A DNA stretch of 64,000 nucleotides, taken from Bacteroidota bacterium. Lineage in GTDB: Bacteria > Bacteroidota > Bacteroidia > UKL13-3. The stretch spans positions 7,811 to 71,810 of the forward strand of contig JAAFJM010000015.1 of NCBI GenBank assembly GCA_013298895.1, written 5' to 3'. Position 1 is the stretch's first letter, and every line of letters begins with the position of its first letter. Both the position numbers and the translations under genes were made by a program. Under the pieces are notes generated by a model that was not told where the DNA came from, did not search any database, and saw nothing but the letters and a program-made list of their open reading frames with translations. Positions 1-11,304 of the stretch are shown here, in pieces.

Positions 1-895
1 TAGAGTAGTGTTACCATTTACATTTAAAGTTTCTCCAACTGTAATGGTTCCGTTATTGGTAGTAGTAGATTGATTATTTAAATTAAAATCGCCAGTGGTG
101 ATTAGAGTTCCATTATTAGTAACTGTTCCACCTGGAGAAAATGAATTACTAACAGTTACTGTTCCCCAATTTTGGAAAGACGAGCTAGAACCATTTAAAT
201 TCAAATTATTAAATGTAGCAGAACCTGTAGAAGTTACAATTAACGCACAACTATTATTAACTGATGCGTTTTGAACATTTACGTTGGTTCCACAAATTCT
301 GATTGTTCCACCGTTGCCGTTAAATCCAACTGTAATGTTACTACCAGTAATACAAACCACATCACCATTGTTAACGTTTAAGTTACTAGTGCTTGTAGTA
401 ATAGTTTGTGTGCAACCACTTGAACAATTTGGGCTACCAGTTTTACCTAATCCAGTTTTGCCAACTTGCGTTGTGTAACCTAAGGCAACTGTTACATTTT
501 TCGAATCTAAATCAATGTATTTGTTAATTTCTGAACCATCAGGCGATACTTTTGAAACAAACACACGTTTAATGGTATTTGATAAATTAATTTGTGATAC
601 AAATCCTGCATTTAAAGTAGCTGCCCCGCGAGCAATTAACTGTCCACCAGCTAAAGGATTTTCATCGTAAACAGATACAATATGTACGGCCTCTTGAAAA
701 CGAGTATCAGTAATATTGATTGTTAAATTTACATCTCTTGAGTTTTCCCAAGTAAAATTAGCAGGAACAACTAGGTCGTTCATATTGCTAACGTTATTGT
801 TTAAGTCAGGAGTATTTTCTTTAACAACATCTTTTGTACACGAACCTAAAAATAATAGGGTTAATGCTGTAATTGATAAAATTGTTTTTTTCATG
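1..895 (-). CDS. LruC-like lipoprotein, N-terminal part only (gene runs off the window start; ATG at 895..893)
   Basis: The reverse-strand frame is open from 895 to the window edge, so it is absent from the ORF track, which needs an in-window stop. The protein begins MKKTILSITALTLLFLGSC, a lipoprotein signal with lipobox Cys. Its N-terminal region (FTWENSRDVNLTINI...VSVYDENPLAGGQLIARGAATLNAGF) is clearly paralogous to the protein at 2229..3515. The plus-strand ORFs 284..478 and 716..916 are antisense artefacts. Confidence 0.5.
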
Positions 896-1223
896 ATTTT
901 TAGTTTTTCTTTTTAATTGTGTTCAATAATTGGGCTTAAATTGCAAAGTAATGATTTATAGGACTTTGGTTTTTAACATACTTCTGAACATGTATCAATA
1001 TGGGACATTTTTTCTCAAAATAGTACCTTAACATTTTGTTTAGGTCTGAAAAAGATTCAGTTAGAATAGGTGAAACAATCATTCAATAATTGAAAAATAG
1101 TTCAATTTCTTTATTTATTTCTGAAATTTCGAATTGAGTTTTTTTATAAACATAAGAAAAATCGGAGCAAAAAAGGTTGAACAACTCATATTTATTAATA
1201 ATTTGCGGCCTCATTTATTTTAC

Positions 1224-2087
1224 ATGGCATCAGGCATTTTTGCAATTTTAGACGATATAGCAACTTTAATGGACGATGTGGCTTTAACAGCTAAAGTAGC
1301 CACCAAAAAAACAGCGGGTATTCTTGGAGATGACTTGGCTGTAAACGCTGAAAAATCGACAGGTTTTGTTTCATCGCGAGAGATTCCAGTACTTTGGGCA
1401 ATTACCAGAGGTTCATTTATTAATAAATTAATTATAGTACCAATAGCCTTGGTTTTAAATTTGTTTTTACCAGAAGCTATTAAAGTAATACTTCTTTTAG
1501 GTGGATTTTATCTGGCATTTGAAGGAGTTGAAAAAATGATTGAATATTTTTTTCATAAAAACCAAGTATCTGAAAATACGGCTACAGAGCCTGTAAACGA
1601 TGAGTTAGATTTAGAGAAAGTAAAAATAAAATCAGCCATTACCACCGATTTTATACTTTCGGTAGAAATTGTAATTATAGCATTAAGTACAGTTTTAGAC
1701 CAAAATATTACCATTCAAATATTAACTGTTTCAGTTGTTTCTATAATAGCTACAATTGGAGTTTATGGACTTGTTGGTTTGATTGTAAGAATGGATGATG
1801 TGGGATATAGTTTAATAAAAAAGTCAAATCAAAAAGGAATATTAAATTCTGTAGGTACTATTTTAGTTAAAACATTACCTCTTGTTATCAAATTTTTTGC
1901 AGTAGTTGGGACTATTGCTTTAATTTTGGTTTCAGGTGGAATTTTTGCGCATAATATTGATTATTTGCATCATGTTTTACCTCAATGGTCTGGTTTGCTT
2001 AAAGAATTATGTTATGGCATTGTTGGTGGATTTATTGCATTATTATTGGTTCACATTGCCAAATTAGTTATTCGTTTAATTAAATAG
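1224..2087 (+). CDS. DUF808 family inner-membrane protein (YedI-like)
   Basis: I trimmed ORF 1134..2087 to the ATG at 1224 (MASGIFAILDDIATLMDDVALTAKVA...), which is the typical DUF808/YedI N-terminus. The protein has several hydrophobic segments. Confidence 0.6.
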   Translation: MASGIFAILDDIATLMDDVALTAKVATKKTAGILGDDLAVNAEKSTGFVSSREIPVLWAITRGSFINKLIIVPIALVLNLFLPEAIKVILLLGGFYLAFEGVEKMIEYFFHKNQVSENTATEPVNDELDLEKVKIKSAITTDFILSVEIVIIALSTVLDQNITIQILTVSVVSIIATIGVYGLVGLIVRMDDVGYSLIKKSNQKGILNSVGTILVKTLPLVIKFFAVVGTIALILVSGGIFAHNIDYLHHVLPQWSGLLKELCYGIVGGFIALLLVHIAKLVIRLIK

Positions 2088-2228
2088 TTGGCCAATACGA
2101 AGAAAAAAACTATTTCAATTTTACAACTTTATTATCTTGAACTGTTATCCATAAAATTACGTACAGATGATAGCAGTTTAACCTTGAGTTTTATGAAATT
2201 TTTATACCCAATTTTTTATATTGAAAAA

Positions 2229-3515
2229 CTAAGGTTTTATAAAAATTTTATCGTTATTTCTATAACCACTTTTGTTTAAATACCAATCGTTGCTTTGCAC
2301 TCCACACGATTGTACCCAATCGTTAAACTTCAAATAAGCCTCGTTTATTTTACTTTTTTCTTTTGGATAATTAAATGGAACAGGAATATTTAGAGCCCAA
2401 GGCATTTCGTTGGTTTTTGATACATAATACCTACCAAAGGTTAAGCTTGAATTATCTAAATGGGTTCCAAATAAATTTACATTGGCTAAATTAGTTGGTA
2501 AATTATTGGGCAAATGTACCTCATAACCTCTACCAAAACCATTGGTATTATTCCAAATAAATGGATTATAAGCACTCAAACCAAAATCGGCTAACAGAGG
2601 ACCATTTATTACATTAAAACTCACATGGTAATTAATAGAATCAGAAATACCTTGAGTAGAGACTGTATTGTAAGTTTCCATTTCGTTACGCATATTGTTA
2701 AATAAAATAATAACTGCTTTGTTTTGACCACTTTCTAGCCCTGCTCCCGAAAGTTCGTTAACTTGACTTCTGCTTATTGGAAACTCAACACCAAAACCGT
2801 TTTTAAACGAACCTCCGGTTGCCAATAATGTATAATTTGCTAAAACTTGTACTACTTTGTTGTTAGCATTGGTTACAATATTGTATTTATAACTTACAAC
2901 CACATCGTTCATGTCATAATCGCCTAGTGTTGGCCATAAATCTTCAAAAGCCAAAGTAGCTTTGCTATTTTCAAAAGGATAGTAGTTATTATATGCTTTG
3001 GTTGAATCGTGTGGATATTGATCAACAGAGTCAGGCACCAAATCATTATCAGAATCTATTTGAGGAGGAATGATGTTTTCAGTTTTACCTAAACTAGCAT
3101 TGGCATTGTTAAATTTAACCGTTATCATGGTTTTGTTTAAAGCCACTTCTTGGTTATAAATTCCTACTCCAGGAACTATTTCTTGTATAAAAACTTTATC
3201 GTAAATATTGGCTAACGAAAACTGTGTTTCAAAATTATTAGTAGCCGAAGCAGTTCCGCTTGTAATCAGCTTTCCGCCCAATTTAGGATTTTGGGTGTAT
3301 ACAGCAATAACATGCTTTTCTGTATTAGTTTTAAATGCAGTAATGCCCACATTTAACTTTACAGTTTTTGAATTCTCCCAACCAAAATTAATAGGTGGAA
3401 CGCCAAAACCTCCATTACTAGTGGTTCCATCTTTAGGCATCAGTTTTGGCTCCTTTAAACATGATATGGCAAAACCAATTACAATAACAGATAAAATTGT
3501 CTTTAATAGTTTCAT
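2229..3515 (-). CDS. LruC domain-containing lipoprotein
   Basis: The likely start is the internal Met (MKLLKTILSVIVIGFAISC, a lipoprotein signal). The protein has a DSDNDLVPD...EDLWPTLGDYDMNDVVV block and the FNVINGPLLADFGLSAYNPFIW region typical of LruC-domain proteins. It is paralogous to the partial gene at 1..895. Confidence 0.6.
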   Translation of the reverse strand: MKLLKTILSVIVIGFAISCLKEPKLMPKDGTTSNGGFGVPPINFGWENSKTVKLNVGITAFKTNTEKHVIAVYTQNPKLGGKLITSGTASATNNFETQFSLANIYDKVFIQEIVPGVGIYNQEVALNKTMITVKFNNANASLGKTENIIPPQIDSDNDLVPDSVDQYPHDSTKAYNNYYPFENSKATLAFEDLWPTLGDYDMNDVVVSYKYNIVTNANNKVVQVLANYTLLATGGSFKNGFGVEFPISRSQVNELSGAGLESGQNKAVIILFNNMRNEMETYNTVSTQGISDSINYHVSFNVINGPLLADFGLSAYNPFIWNNTNGFGRGYEVHLPNNLPTNLANVNLFGTHLDNSSLTFGRYYVSKTNEMPWALNIPVPFNYPKEKSKINEAYLKFNDWVQSCGVQSNDWYLNKSGYRNNDKIFIKP

Positions 3516-3842
3516 AGTTACAAAACTCAAAGCATATACTATTCCACAATATACAAACAACTATTTTACAGTATATTATAAAAATAAAATTCTTCAAAAT
3601 AGGCTCAAAATGGGATTTAAACCACCAAATTAAGCCTAGCTTGTAATTATTTTATATTATATATCAATTTGCTTAAAATGGTAAAATGCAGTTAAAAGTA
3701 AGCTCTAAAACAGCAGTATTTATTGACCTTGAGAGCCTTATTTAAATTTAGTCTAAATACTTGCTTTTGATTTTAATCAGCTACACCTTTACTCACGCTT
3801 CGGTTACATTCGCAGTCATAAATAAATTTACAATAAATAAAA

Positions 3843-4619
3843 ATGAATTGGATTACTAAAATGTTTAGCTCTTCGCTAGGTCAAAAATTAATCATGGCAC
3901 TTACAGGATTGTTCTTATGCTCATTCTTGATAATACACATGGTAGGAAATTTACAGCTATTTAAACACGATGCTGGATTAGCTTTTAATAAATATGCAGT
4001 ATTTATGACAACAAATCCTTTAATCAAAACCACCTCGTATTTATTATATGCCGCTATTTTGTTTCATGCATTTAAAGGTATTGCTTTGGTTTTCCAGAAC
4101 AAAAAAGCACGTCCAGTTAAGTACCAAGCTTTCGATGGAAAAGCCAATAGCCATTGGAGCAGCCGCAATATGGGTGTTTTAGGAACTATTATTTTAGTTT
4201 TTGTGGTAGTACACATGAGTAATTTTTGGGCAGAATACAAGTTTGGTCATGTGCCTTACACTCGTTATACCGAAAATATTCAAACTGGCGAAATTCAGTC
4301 TGATTACATGCCTGCAGATTTTACCATGAACTCAAAAATGGAAGAGCAAAGCGAAGGTTTAATGAAAGTAACTATTGTAAAAGACTTATTCCGCTCAGTG
4401 GAATTAGGATTTAAAGAATTATGGTTAGTAGCATTATACATTATAGCTATGGCTGCATTATCGTTTCATTTATACCATGGTTTTAAATCGGCTTTCCAAA
4501 CTATGGGTTTAAATCATAAAAAATATAATGGTGCTATAAACTTTATTGGAATTGGCGTGTTTGCTATATTAATTCCAATTGGATTTGCAGCAATGCCACT
4601 TTACTTTTTTATCAAATAA
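3843..4619 (+). CDS. sdhC: succinate dehydrogenase/fumarate reductase cytochrome b membrane subunit (Bacteroidota type)
   Basis: A 258-aa polytopic membrane protein with conserved His residues, sitting immediately upstream of the flavoprotein and iron-sulfur subunits. Confidence 0.75.
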   Translation: MNWITKMFSSSLGQKLIMALTGLFLCSFLIIHMVGNLQLFKHDAGLAFNKYAVFMTTNPLIKTTSYLLYAAILFHAFKGIALVFQNKKARPVKYQAFDGKANSHWSSRNMGVLGTIILVFVVVHMSNFWAEYKFGHVPYTRYTENIQTGEIQSDYMPADFTMNSKMEEQSEGLMKVTIVKDLFRSVELGFKELWLVALYIIAMAALSFHLYHGFKSAFQTMGLNHKKYNGAINFIGIGVFAILIPIGFAAMPLYFFIK

Positions 4620-4653
4620 TTAAATAAACATTTACCGTTAATAATATATAAAG

Positions 4654-6651
4654 ATGTTAGATTCAAAAATTCCTCAAGGCCCAATAGAATCAAAATGGAC
4701 AAAGTACAAATCTACAGTTCCATTGGTAAATCCTGCTAACAAACGTAGTTTAGAAATTATAGTTGTTGGAACAGGTTTGGCAGGGGCTTCGGCTGCTGCT
4801 ACACTAGCCGAGTTAGGTTATAAAGTTAAATCTTTTTGTTTTCAAGATTCTCCTCGTAGAGCGCACTCAATTGCTGCACAAGGAGGTATAAATGCTGCTA
4901 AAAATTATCAAAATGATGGTGACTCAGTTTACCGTTTATTTTATGATACAATTAAAGGTGGTGATTACCGTGCGCGCGAAGCAAACGTTCATCGTTTAGC
5001 TGAAGTAAGTGGTAATATTATTGACCAATCAGTTGCTAGTGGTGTACCTTTTGCTCGCGAATATGGAGGGTTATTAAGTAACCGTTCGTTTGGTGGAACA
5101 CAAGTGCAACGTACTTTTTATGCTGCTGGTCAAACGGGTCAACAGTTATTATTAGGTGCATACTCAGGTTTACAACGCCAAGTTGGTTTAGGTAACGTAC
5201 GTTTATACTCACGCCACGAAATGTTAGATGTGGTTAATATTGATGGCAAATGCCGCGGTATTATAGCTCGCGATTTGGTTTCGGGTAAGTTAGAGCGCCA
5301 CTTTGGACATGCAGTATTGTTATGTACTGGTGGATACGGTAACGTATTTTTCCTTTCAACCAATGCAATGGGAAGTAACGTAACTGCAGCTTGGAAAGCA
5401 CATAAAAAAGGTGCATTCTTTGGCAATCCTTGTTATACTCAAATTCACCCAACTTGTATTCCTGTTTCGGGCGATCACCAATCAAAATTAACTTTGATGA
5501 GTGAATCATTACGTAACGATGGTCGTATTTGGGTTCCAAAACGCAAAGAAGATGCAGCTGCTATTCGCGAAGGAAAATTAAATCCTAACGATTTAAAAGA
5601 AGAAGATAGAGATTATTACTTAGAAAGACGTTATCCTGCGTTTGGTAATTTAGTACCTCGCGATGTGGCTTCACGTGCTGCTAAAGAGCGTTGCGATGCT
5701 GGTTTTGGTGTGAATAAAACAGGCGAAGCTGTTTATTTAGATTTTGCTTTTAACATGAAGTATAAATATGGTAAACAAGTAGCTACTTTAAAACATATTA
5801 CTGACCCAACCGAAGAGCAATTAACTGCATTTGGCCACGAAGTAATTAAAGAAAAATATGGTAATTTATTTGACATGTACAAACAAATTACCGGTGTTGA
5901 TCCTTACAAAAACCCAATGATGATTTACCCTGCGGTACATTACACCATGGGTGGTTTATGGGTTGATTATAACTTAATGACAACCGTTCCTGGTTTATAC
6001 GCTTTAGGTGAAGCTAATTTCTCTGACCACGGTGCTAACCGTTTAGGAGCGTCGGCTTTAATGCAAGGTTTGGCTGATGGTTATTTTGTAATTCCTTATA
6101 CTATTGGTGCTTATTTAGCTAACGAAATCAGTGTAAAACCTATTTCTACAGACCATGAAGCTTTTGTAAAAGCAGAAAACGAAGTTAGCGATAGATTGAA
6201 CAAATTATTAGCTATTAAGGGAACCAAACCAGTTGATTATTTCCACAAACGTTTAGGTAAAATTATGTGGGATAAATGTGGTATGGCTCGTAATGTAGAA
6301 GGTTTAACTTGGGCTATTTCTGAAATTCAAAAAATTAGAGAAGAGTTTTGGAAAGATGTGCGTGTACCGGGCGATGCTAATGAGTTTAATCCTGAATTAG
6401 AAAAAGCTGGTCGTGTAGCAGATTTTATTGAATTAGGCGAACTAATGTGTAAAGATGCTTTAGAGCGTAACGAAAGCTGTGGAGGTCACTTCCGCGAAGA
6501 TTACCAAACTGAAGAAGGTGAAGCATTGCGCGATGATGAAAACTTCAAACATGTAGCTGCTTGGCAGTTCAACGAAGTTGGTAATTGGACTCTAAACAAA
6601 GAAGATTTAGTTTACGAAAACATAAAAATTGCGCAACGTAGCTATAAATAA
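4654..6651 (+). CDS. sdhA: succinate dehydrogenase/fumarate reductase flavoprotein subunit
   Basis: It has the FAD-binding [18 protein letters not shown] motif, an HSIAAQGG site around the covalent-FAD His, and an overall SdhA/FrdA layout at 665 aa. Confidence 0.9.
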   Translation: MLDSKIPQGPIESKWTKYKSTVPLVNPANKRSLEIIVVGTGLAGASAAATLAELGYKVKSFCFQDSPRRAHSIAAQGGINAAKNYQNDGDSVYRLFYDTIKGGDYRAREANVHRLAEVSGNIIDQSVASGVPFAREYGGLLSNRSFGGTQVQRTFYAAGQTGQQLLLGAYSGLQRQVGLGNVRLYSRHEMLDVVNIDGKCRGIIARDLVSGKLERHFGHAVLLCTGGYGNVFFLSTNAMGSNVTAAWKAHKKGAFFGNPCYTQIHPTCIPVSGDHQSKLTLMSESLRNDGRIWVPKRKEDAAAIREGKLNPNDLKEEDRDYYLERRYPAFGNLVPRDVASRAAKERCDAGFGVNKTGEAVYLDFAFNMKYKYGKQVATLKHITDPTEEQLTAFGHEVIKEKYGNLFDMYKQITGVDPYKNPMMIYPAVHYTMGGLWVDYNLMTTVPGLYALGEANFSDHGANRLGASALMQGLADGYFVIPYTIGAYLANEISVKPISTDHEAFVKAENEVSDRLNKLLAIKGTKPVDYFHKRLGKIMWDKCGMARNVEGLTWAISEIQKIREEFWKDVRVPGDANEFNPELEKAGRVADFIELGELMCKDALERNESCGGHFREDYQTEEGEALRDDENFKHVAAWQFNEVGNWTLNKEDLVYENIKIAQRSYK

Positions 6652-6728
6652 AAGTTAATAAGTTAAAAGGTTAGCAGTTTATTTAGTTAAACCAATAACC
6701 ATATAATCAACCAATAAAATTAAATAAA

Positions 6729-7496
6729 ATGAGCGGAAATATGAATATCAACTTAAAAGTTTGGCGCCAAAAAAATGGCAAAAGCCAAGGTAAATTAGTT
6801 GATTACAAAGTAGAAGGTGTATCGCCTGATATGTCATTCCTTGAAATGTTTGACGTGTTAAATGATAGATTAGTAAGCGAAGGTAAAGATGAGCCTATTG
6901 CTTTCGATCACGATTGTAGAGAAGGTATTTGTGGTATGTGTAGTATGTACATCAATGGTCGTCCGCATGGACCAAACCAAGGTGTAACTACTTGTCAATT
7001 GCACATGCGTAGTTTCAAAGATGGCGATACCATTGTGGTTGAACCATGGAGAGCTGCTGCATTTCCAGTTATAAAAGATTTAGCTGTGAATAGATCAGCG
7101 TTCGATAGAATTATTGCATCAGGAGGATTTATTTCAGTAAATACTGGTAACGCACAAGATGCTAATAGCTTACCTATTGCAAAAGACAATGCAGATGAAG
7201 CTTTTGCTGCTGCTGCTTGTATTGGCTGTGGTGCTTGTGTGGCTGCTTGTAAAAATTCAAGTGCCATGTTGTTTGTTTCAGCTAAAGTTTCTCAATTGGC
7301 CTTATTGCCTCAAGGCGACCCTGAAAGAAATACACGTGTATTAAACATGGTTGCTCAAATGGATACAGAAGGTTTTGGTGCTTGTACCAATACTGGTGCT
7401 TGTTCTGCTGAGTGTCCTAAAGAAATATCTTTAACCAACATTGCTCGCTTAAACCGTGAGTATTTTGCTGCACAATTAGGTTCAGACAGAAGCTAA
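6729..7496 (+). CDS. sdhB: succinate dehydrogenase/fumarate reductase iron-sulfur subunit
   Basis: It carries the 2Fe-2S ([10 protein letters not shown]), 4Fe-4S and 3Fe-4S cysteine clusters ([23 protein letters not shown]). Confidence 0.9.
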   Translation: MSGNMNINLKVWRQKNGKSQGKLVDYKVEGVSPDMSFLEMFDVLNDRLVSEGKDEPIAFDHDCREGICGMCSMYINGRPHGPNQGVTTCQLHMRSFKDGDTIVVEPWRAAAFPVIKDLAVNRSAFDRIIASGGFISVNTGNAQDANSLPIAKDNADEAFAAAACIGCGACVAACKNSSAMLFVSAKVSQLALLPQGDPERNTRVLNMVAQMDTEGFGACTNTGACSAECPKEISLTNIARLNREYFAAQLGSDRS

Positions 7497-7520
7497 TTTT
7501 CAAAGCAATAATTACCTGAA

Positions 7521-7560
7521 AATCCATTAACAGTAATTTTACAGTTAATGGATTTTTTTA
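7521..7560 (+). terminator. Rho-independent terminator after sdhB
   Basis: Stem AATCCATTAAC / GTTAATGGATT with a 12-nt loop, followed by TTTTTTTA. Confidence 0.55.
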
Positions 7561-7631
7561 TTTTCATTATTTGCAACAAAAAGCACTAATTTGCTGTCAT
7601 TAAATTCAATAGTTATAACTACACTATAATC

Positions 7632-10328
7632 GTGATAAAAAATTATTTCAAACCATATTTTTTACTTTTAATATTCAGCTTAATTGCCCAATTAGCATTG
7701 GCTACACATTACCGAGCTGGAGAGATTATATATAGGAATTTATCGGGTTTTAATTATGAAATTACTGTTTATACTTATACAGATCAATACCAACTAGGTG
7801 CAGACCCTGGTACAGCATCTATAGTCATTGATTTTGGTGATGGTAAAGTGGAAACTATCAATAGAACTGCAGTTGATATTTTGCTGAGTGATGTGGCATA
7901 CGGTGTTAAAAGAAATACATACAAAACTACACATACCTACACAGGAAGTAGAACTTTTCAATTATGTGTTATAGATAAAAATAGAGTAAATAATATTTTA
8001 AATATTAATGATGGAAGATCTGTTAATATTCCTTTTGCTGTTACATCGCAAATAGTAATTGGTTCAGGTTTTAGCAATCAATCTCCAATTTTACTCTCAC
8101 TTCCCATTGATAGAGGTTGTGTGAATAAACCCTTTGTTCATAATCCAAGTGCCTACGACCCTGATGGAGACAGTTTAGTTTACGAAATTAAACCACCGCT
8201 CTCGGCTTGTGATGAGGTAGTTCCAGGTTTTCAAATACCAGAATATACTGATTCCTTTTCAATCAATCAAAGTACAGGTTTGTTAACTTGGAGAAGTCCC
8301 AAAAGAGTAGGTATCTACAATATAGTTATAAGGGTAAAAGAATACAGAAGGAATGGAAGTATCAAACCAATTTTGGTTGGTTACGTGGATAGAGATATGC
8401 AAATTAGAATTTCGGAATGTTTTAATAATCCACCTTTAATTTCTAAGTTAGAAAACGAGTGTGTTATTGCTGGAACTTTAATTCAGAAAAATATTTCTGC
8501 CACAGATGTTGATGTTACCAATACCATTAAATTATCTGCATTTGGAGGTCCGTTTGTTCAAAAAAATAGTCCAGCGTTCACCAATCCAACAATTGCAAAT
8601 GGAAATCCAACAGGTTTTTTATTTAATTGGAAACCAGCTTGTACTTCCATAAGAGCAAGTGAATTCCAAGCTGATTTTAAAGCAGAGGATAATGGTTCTC
8701 CAATTCCATTAATTGACGTAAATTCATTTAAAATTAAAGTAATTGGTCCTGCACCTAGTCAACTTAAAATTAATCAAGACAGTAATGGATTAAAACTAAC
8801 TTGGAATCCTGATACTTGCAACTTTGCTTTTGGATACCGAATTTACAGGAAAATTGATAGCTCAAATTGGACGCCTGCAGCATGCCAAACAGGTGTACCT
8901 ATCTCTACAGGATTTGTTTTATTAGATACTGTTCAAGGTGTAAATAATACTCAATATTTTGACAATAATAATGGAGCGGGTTTATCCCCATTGATAAATT
9001 ATTGTTATAGAATAACCTCATTTTATTTGGCCAGAAACGATGAAGGAAAAATAGTGCAATTAGCTGAAAGCTCTGAAGGTAAATCTAGTATTGAAATATG
9101 TGCTACCATTATAAGAACCAAACCAATTATAACCAATGTCAGTGTAATTAATACGGACCAATCAAAAGGCAGCATTTTCGTTAAATGGTTAAAGCCGCTA
9201 TTAATAGACAGTTTAGTTTATTTACCACCATATAGTATGCAGTTGCAAAGGTCAATTTATGGAAGTAATATTTTTAATGATGTTAGTACAGCAAAAGTTT
9301 ATAATACCTTCAATGCAATTCAAAACGATAGTTTAATTGATTCAAACATTAATACTCAAAATAATCAATATAATTATCGTGTAATTTTTTATGCTACTAA
9401 AAATGCCAATTTACAATATGTAGATCAAAGTATAAATGCAAGTTCAATTTATGTTAAGCCATACAACTCCAATAGAACAGTAGTTTTAAACTATAAATTT
9501 GAGGTGCCATGGCTCAATAAAATGTATGACATATACAAAAAGTTTGGTACTGATTTCAAGTTGATAGGCACTACTTTTAATCAATCATACAGCGATACTG
9601 GTTTGGTAAATGGCGAAACATACTGTTATTATATAAAGGCTACAGGATTTTATAATCCTAAACTTTTAGCAGATACACTTTTAAATAATTCACAAGAAGT
9701 GTGTGGAACTCCAATTGATACTATTCCACCTTGTACGCCAATTTTGTCGTATATAAGTCCTTGTAATAAATTCAATTCAAGTACTATTATTCTAAATTGG
9801 AAATACCCCAATTTGTGCACACAAGACGTGAAAAATTATAAGGTTTATTACCGAAAGAAAATCAAAGATACATGGAATTTATTGGCAACATTGGATGCAA
9901 GTAATTTTTCATATACCGATACAAACTCTTTGCTAAAATACAGCATTGCTGGTTGCTACGCAGTTACAGCAATAGACTCCATAGGAAATGAAAGTAGCAT
10001 TAATGGAAATGCATTTTGTATTGATAATTGTCCATATTATGTTTTACCCAATGTATTTACTCCAAACAACGATGTAAATAATTTAAATGAGGTGTTTAAA
10101 CCATTTCCATATAGATTTATTGAGAAAATTGAATTGCAAATTTTTAATAGATGGGGAACTCCAGTTTTTGAAACTACCGATATTGATATAAATTGGAATG
10201 GTAAAGATAAAGAAACGGGCAATGAGTTAAGTGCAGGAACCTATTTTTACACTATAAAAATATTTGAGAATTACCTTGGTGGCACAACTGAAAGAAAAGT
10301 GAGGGGAACCATTACTATAATGAGGTGA
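7632..10328 (+). CDS. Large cell-surface protein with a T9SS type-B (gliding-motility-associated) C-terminal sorting domain
   Basis: GTG start and an 898-aa product with signal peptide (LLLIFSLIAQLALA). The body is repeated beta-rich Ig/FN3-like modules. The C-terminus (CIDNCPYYVLPNVFTPNNDVNN...IFNRWGTPVFET...WNGKD...GTYFYTI) matches the CHU_C/TIGR04131-type domain. Confidence 0.6.
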   Translation: MIKNYFKPYFLLLIFSLIAQLALATHYRAGEIIYRNLSGFNYEITVYTYTDQYQLGADPGTASIVIDFGDGKVETINRTAVDILLSDVAYGVKRNTYKTTHTYTGSRTFQLCVIDKNRVNNILNINDGRSVNIPFAVTSQIVIGSGFSNQSPILLSLPIDRGCVNKPFVHNPSAYDPDGDSLVYEIKPPLSACDEVVPGFQIPEYTDSFSINQSTGLLTWRSPKRVGIYNIVIRVKEYRRNGSIKPILVGYVDRDMQIRISECFNNPPLISKLENECVIAGTLIQKNISATDVDVTNTIKLSAFGGPFVQKNSPAFTNPTIANGNPTGFLFNWKPACTSIRASEFQADFKAEDNGSPIPLIDVNSFKIKVIGPAPSQLKINQDSNGLKLTWNPDTCNFAFGYRIYRKIDSSNWTPAACQTGVPISTGFVLLDTVQGVNNTQYFDNNNGAGLSPLINYCYRITSFYLARNDEGKIVQLAESSEGKSSIEICATIIRTKPIITNVSVINTDQSKGSIFVKWLKPLLIDSLVYLPPYSMQLQRSIYGSNIFNDVSTAKVYNTFNAIQNDSLIDSNINTQNNQYNYRVIFYATKNANLQYVDQSINASSIYVKPYNSNRTVVLNYKFEVPWLNKMYDIYKKFGTDFKLIGTTFNQSYSDTGLVNGETYCYYIKATGFYNPKLLADTLLNNSQEVCGTPIDTIPPCTPILSYISPCNKFNSSTIILNWKYPNLCTQDVKNYKVYYRKKIKDTWNLLATLDASNFSYTDTNSLLKYSIAGCYAVTAIDSIGNESSINGNAFCIDNCPYYVLPNVFTPNNDVNNLNEVFKPFPYRFIEKIELQIFNRWGTPVFETTDIDINWNGKDKETGNELSAGTYFYTIKIFENYLGGTTERKVRGTITIMR

Positions 10329-10468
10329 TATTTTTACCAAACAACCAAATAACATTGATGTATACCATCAGTATAGTAAATTGAAATGCAAATAAATAAT
10401 TTGTTACTTATAAATAATATTTTTATATTGTGCATTGAATTTATTTGCCTAAATTAATAATAATTTTT

Positions 10469-11209
10469 ATGAAAATAGCCCTACTTGGATATGGAAAAAT
10501 GGGAAAAGCAATTGAAAAAATTGCTGAAGCCAAAGGTCATGAAATAGTGTATCGTGTTGATTTAAATAACGCTTTTGATTTTTTTCCATTAAGTCTAAAG
10601 AATGTGGATGTGGCCATAGATTTTAGCATGCCTACTGCTGCAGTTGATAATATTTTAAAATGTTTTGAAGCTAAGGTTCCAATAGTTGTCGGTACTACAG
10701 GCTGGTACGACCAATTTGATTCAATTAAAGAAAAATGTGAGGCTGAAGGACAAAGTATGGTTTATAGCAGTAATTTTAGTATTGGGGTAAACATATTTTT
10801 TAAAGTAAATAAAATTTTAGCTGAAATTATGAAAAGCCAAGATTATGATGTGATGATTAATGAATCGCATCATACAGGCAAGAAAGACCATCCAAGCGGT
10901 ACAGCCTTAACTTTGGCAAAACAAATTATGGATGAAATTGACAAGAAGGAAAAAATAAAAGACCGCTTAATGTTTGATACTGAAATACCTTCACAAAGCA
11001 CAAAGCCAAACGAATTGTTAATAGAGAGTTACAGAGAAGGTGATGTAATGGGTGACCATACTGTTAGGTATGAAAATGTAATTGATATTATTGAAATTAA
11101 ACACAGTGCCAAAAGTAGATACGGTTTTGCAAAAGGCGCAATTATGGCTGCCGAATGGATTGTAGGCAAAAAAGGAATTTATACCCTTGATGATATATTA
11201 AAATTTTAA
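10469..11209 (+). CDS. dapB: 4-hydroxy-tetrahydrodipicolinate reductase
   Basis: Begins MKIALLGYGKMGKAIEKIA (NAD(P)-binding) and has the internal DapB pattern ESHHTGKKDHPSGTAL. I prefer the ATG at 10469 over the TTG at 10445. Confidence 0.8.
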   Translation: MKIALLGYGKMGKAIEKIAEAKGHEIVYRVDLNNAFDFFPLSLKNVDVAIDFSMPTAAVDNILKCFEAKVPIVVGTTGWYDQFDSIKEKCEAEGQSMVYSSNFSIGVNIFFKVNKILAEIMKSQDYDVMINESHHTGKKDHPSGTALTLAKQIMDEIDKKEKIKDRLMFDTEIPSQSTKPNELLIESYREGDVMGDHTVRYENVIDIIEIKHSAKSRYGFAKGAIMAAEWIVGKKGIYTLDDILKF

Positions 11210-11304
11210 GTTTACCGTTTACCCTCTAAAAAGTCATTTTAACATAAACTGCATAATTTATACATTCTTAGATTTAAATATGCAGTGCACTTCAACAAAA
11301 ATTC

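Noticed and set aside
284-916. Plus-strand ORFs 284..478 and 716..916
   Set aside because: They lie antisense within the much longer minus-strand LruC-like reading frame (1..895). That frame has a lipoprotein signal and paralogy to the neighbouring gene. The plus-strand ORFs are compositional artefacts.
3208-3633. 141-aa plus-strand ORF overlapping the LruC gene 5' region
   Set aside because: It is antisense to a well-supported CDS and has no signal or motif.
5139-5539. Two minus-strand ORFs inside sdhA
   Set aside because: They are antisense to a highly conserved flavoprotein gene. Typical shadow ORFs.
6995-7344. ORFs 6995..7267 (-) and 7159..7344 (+) inside sdhB
   Set aside because: Shadow and alternative-frame ORFs within a conserved Fe-S subunit gene.
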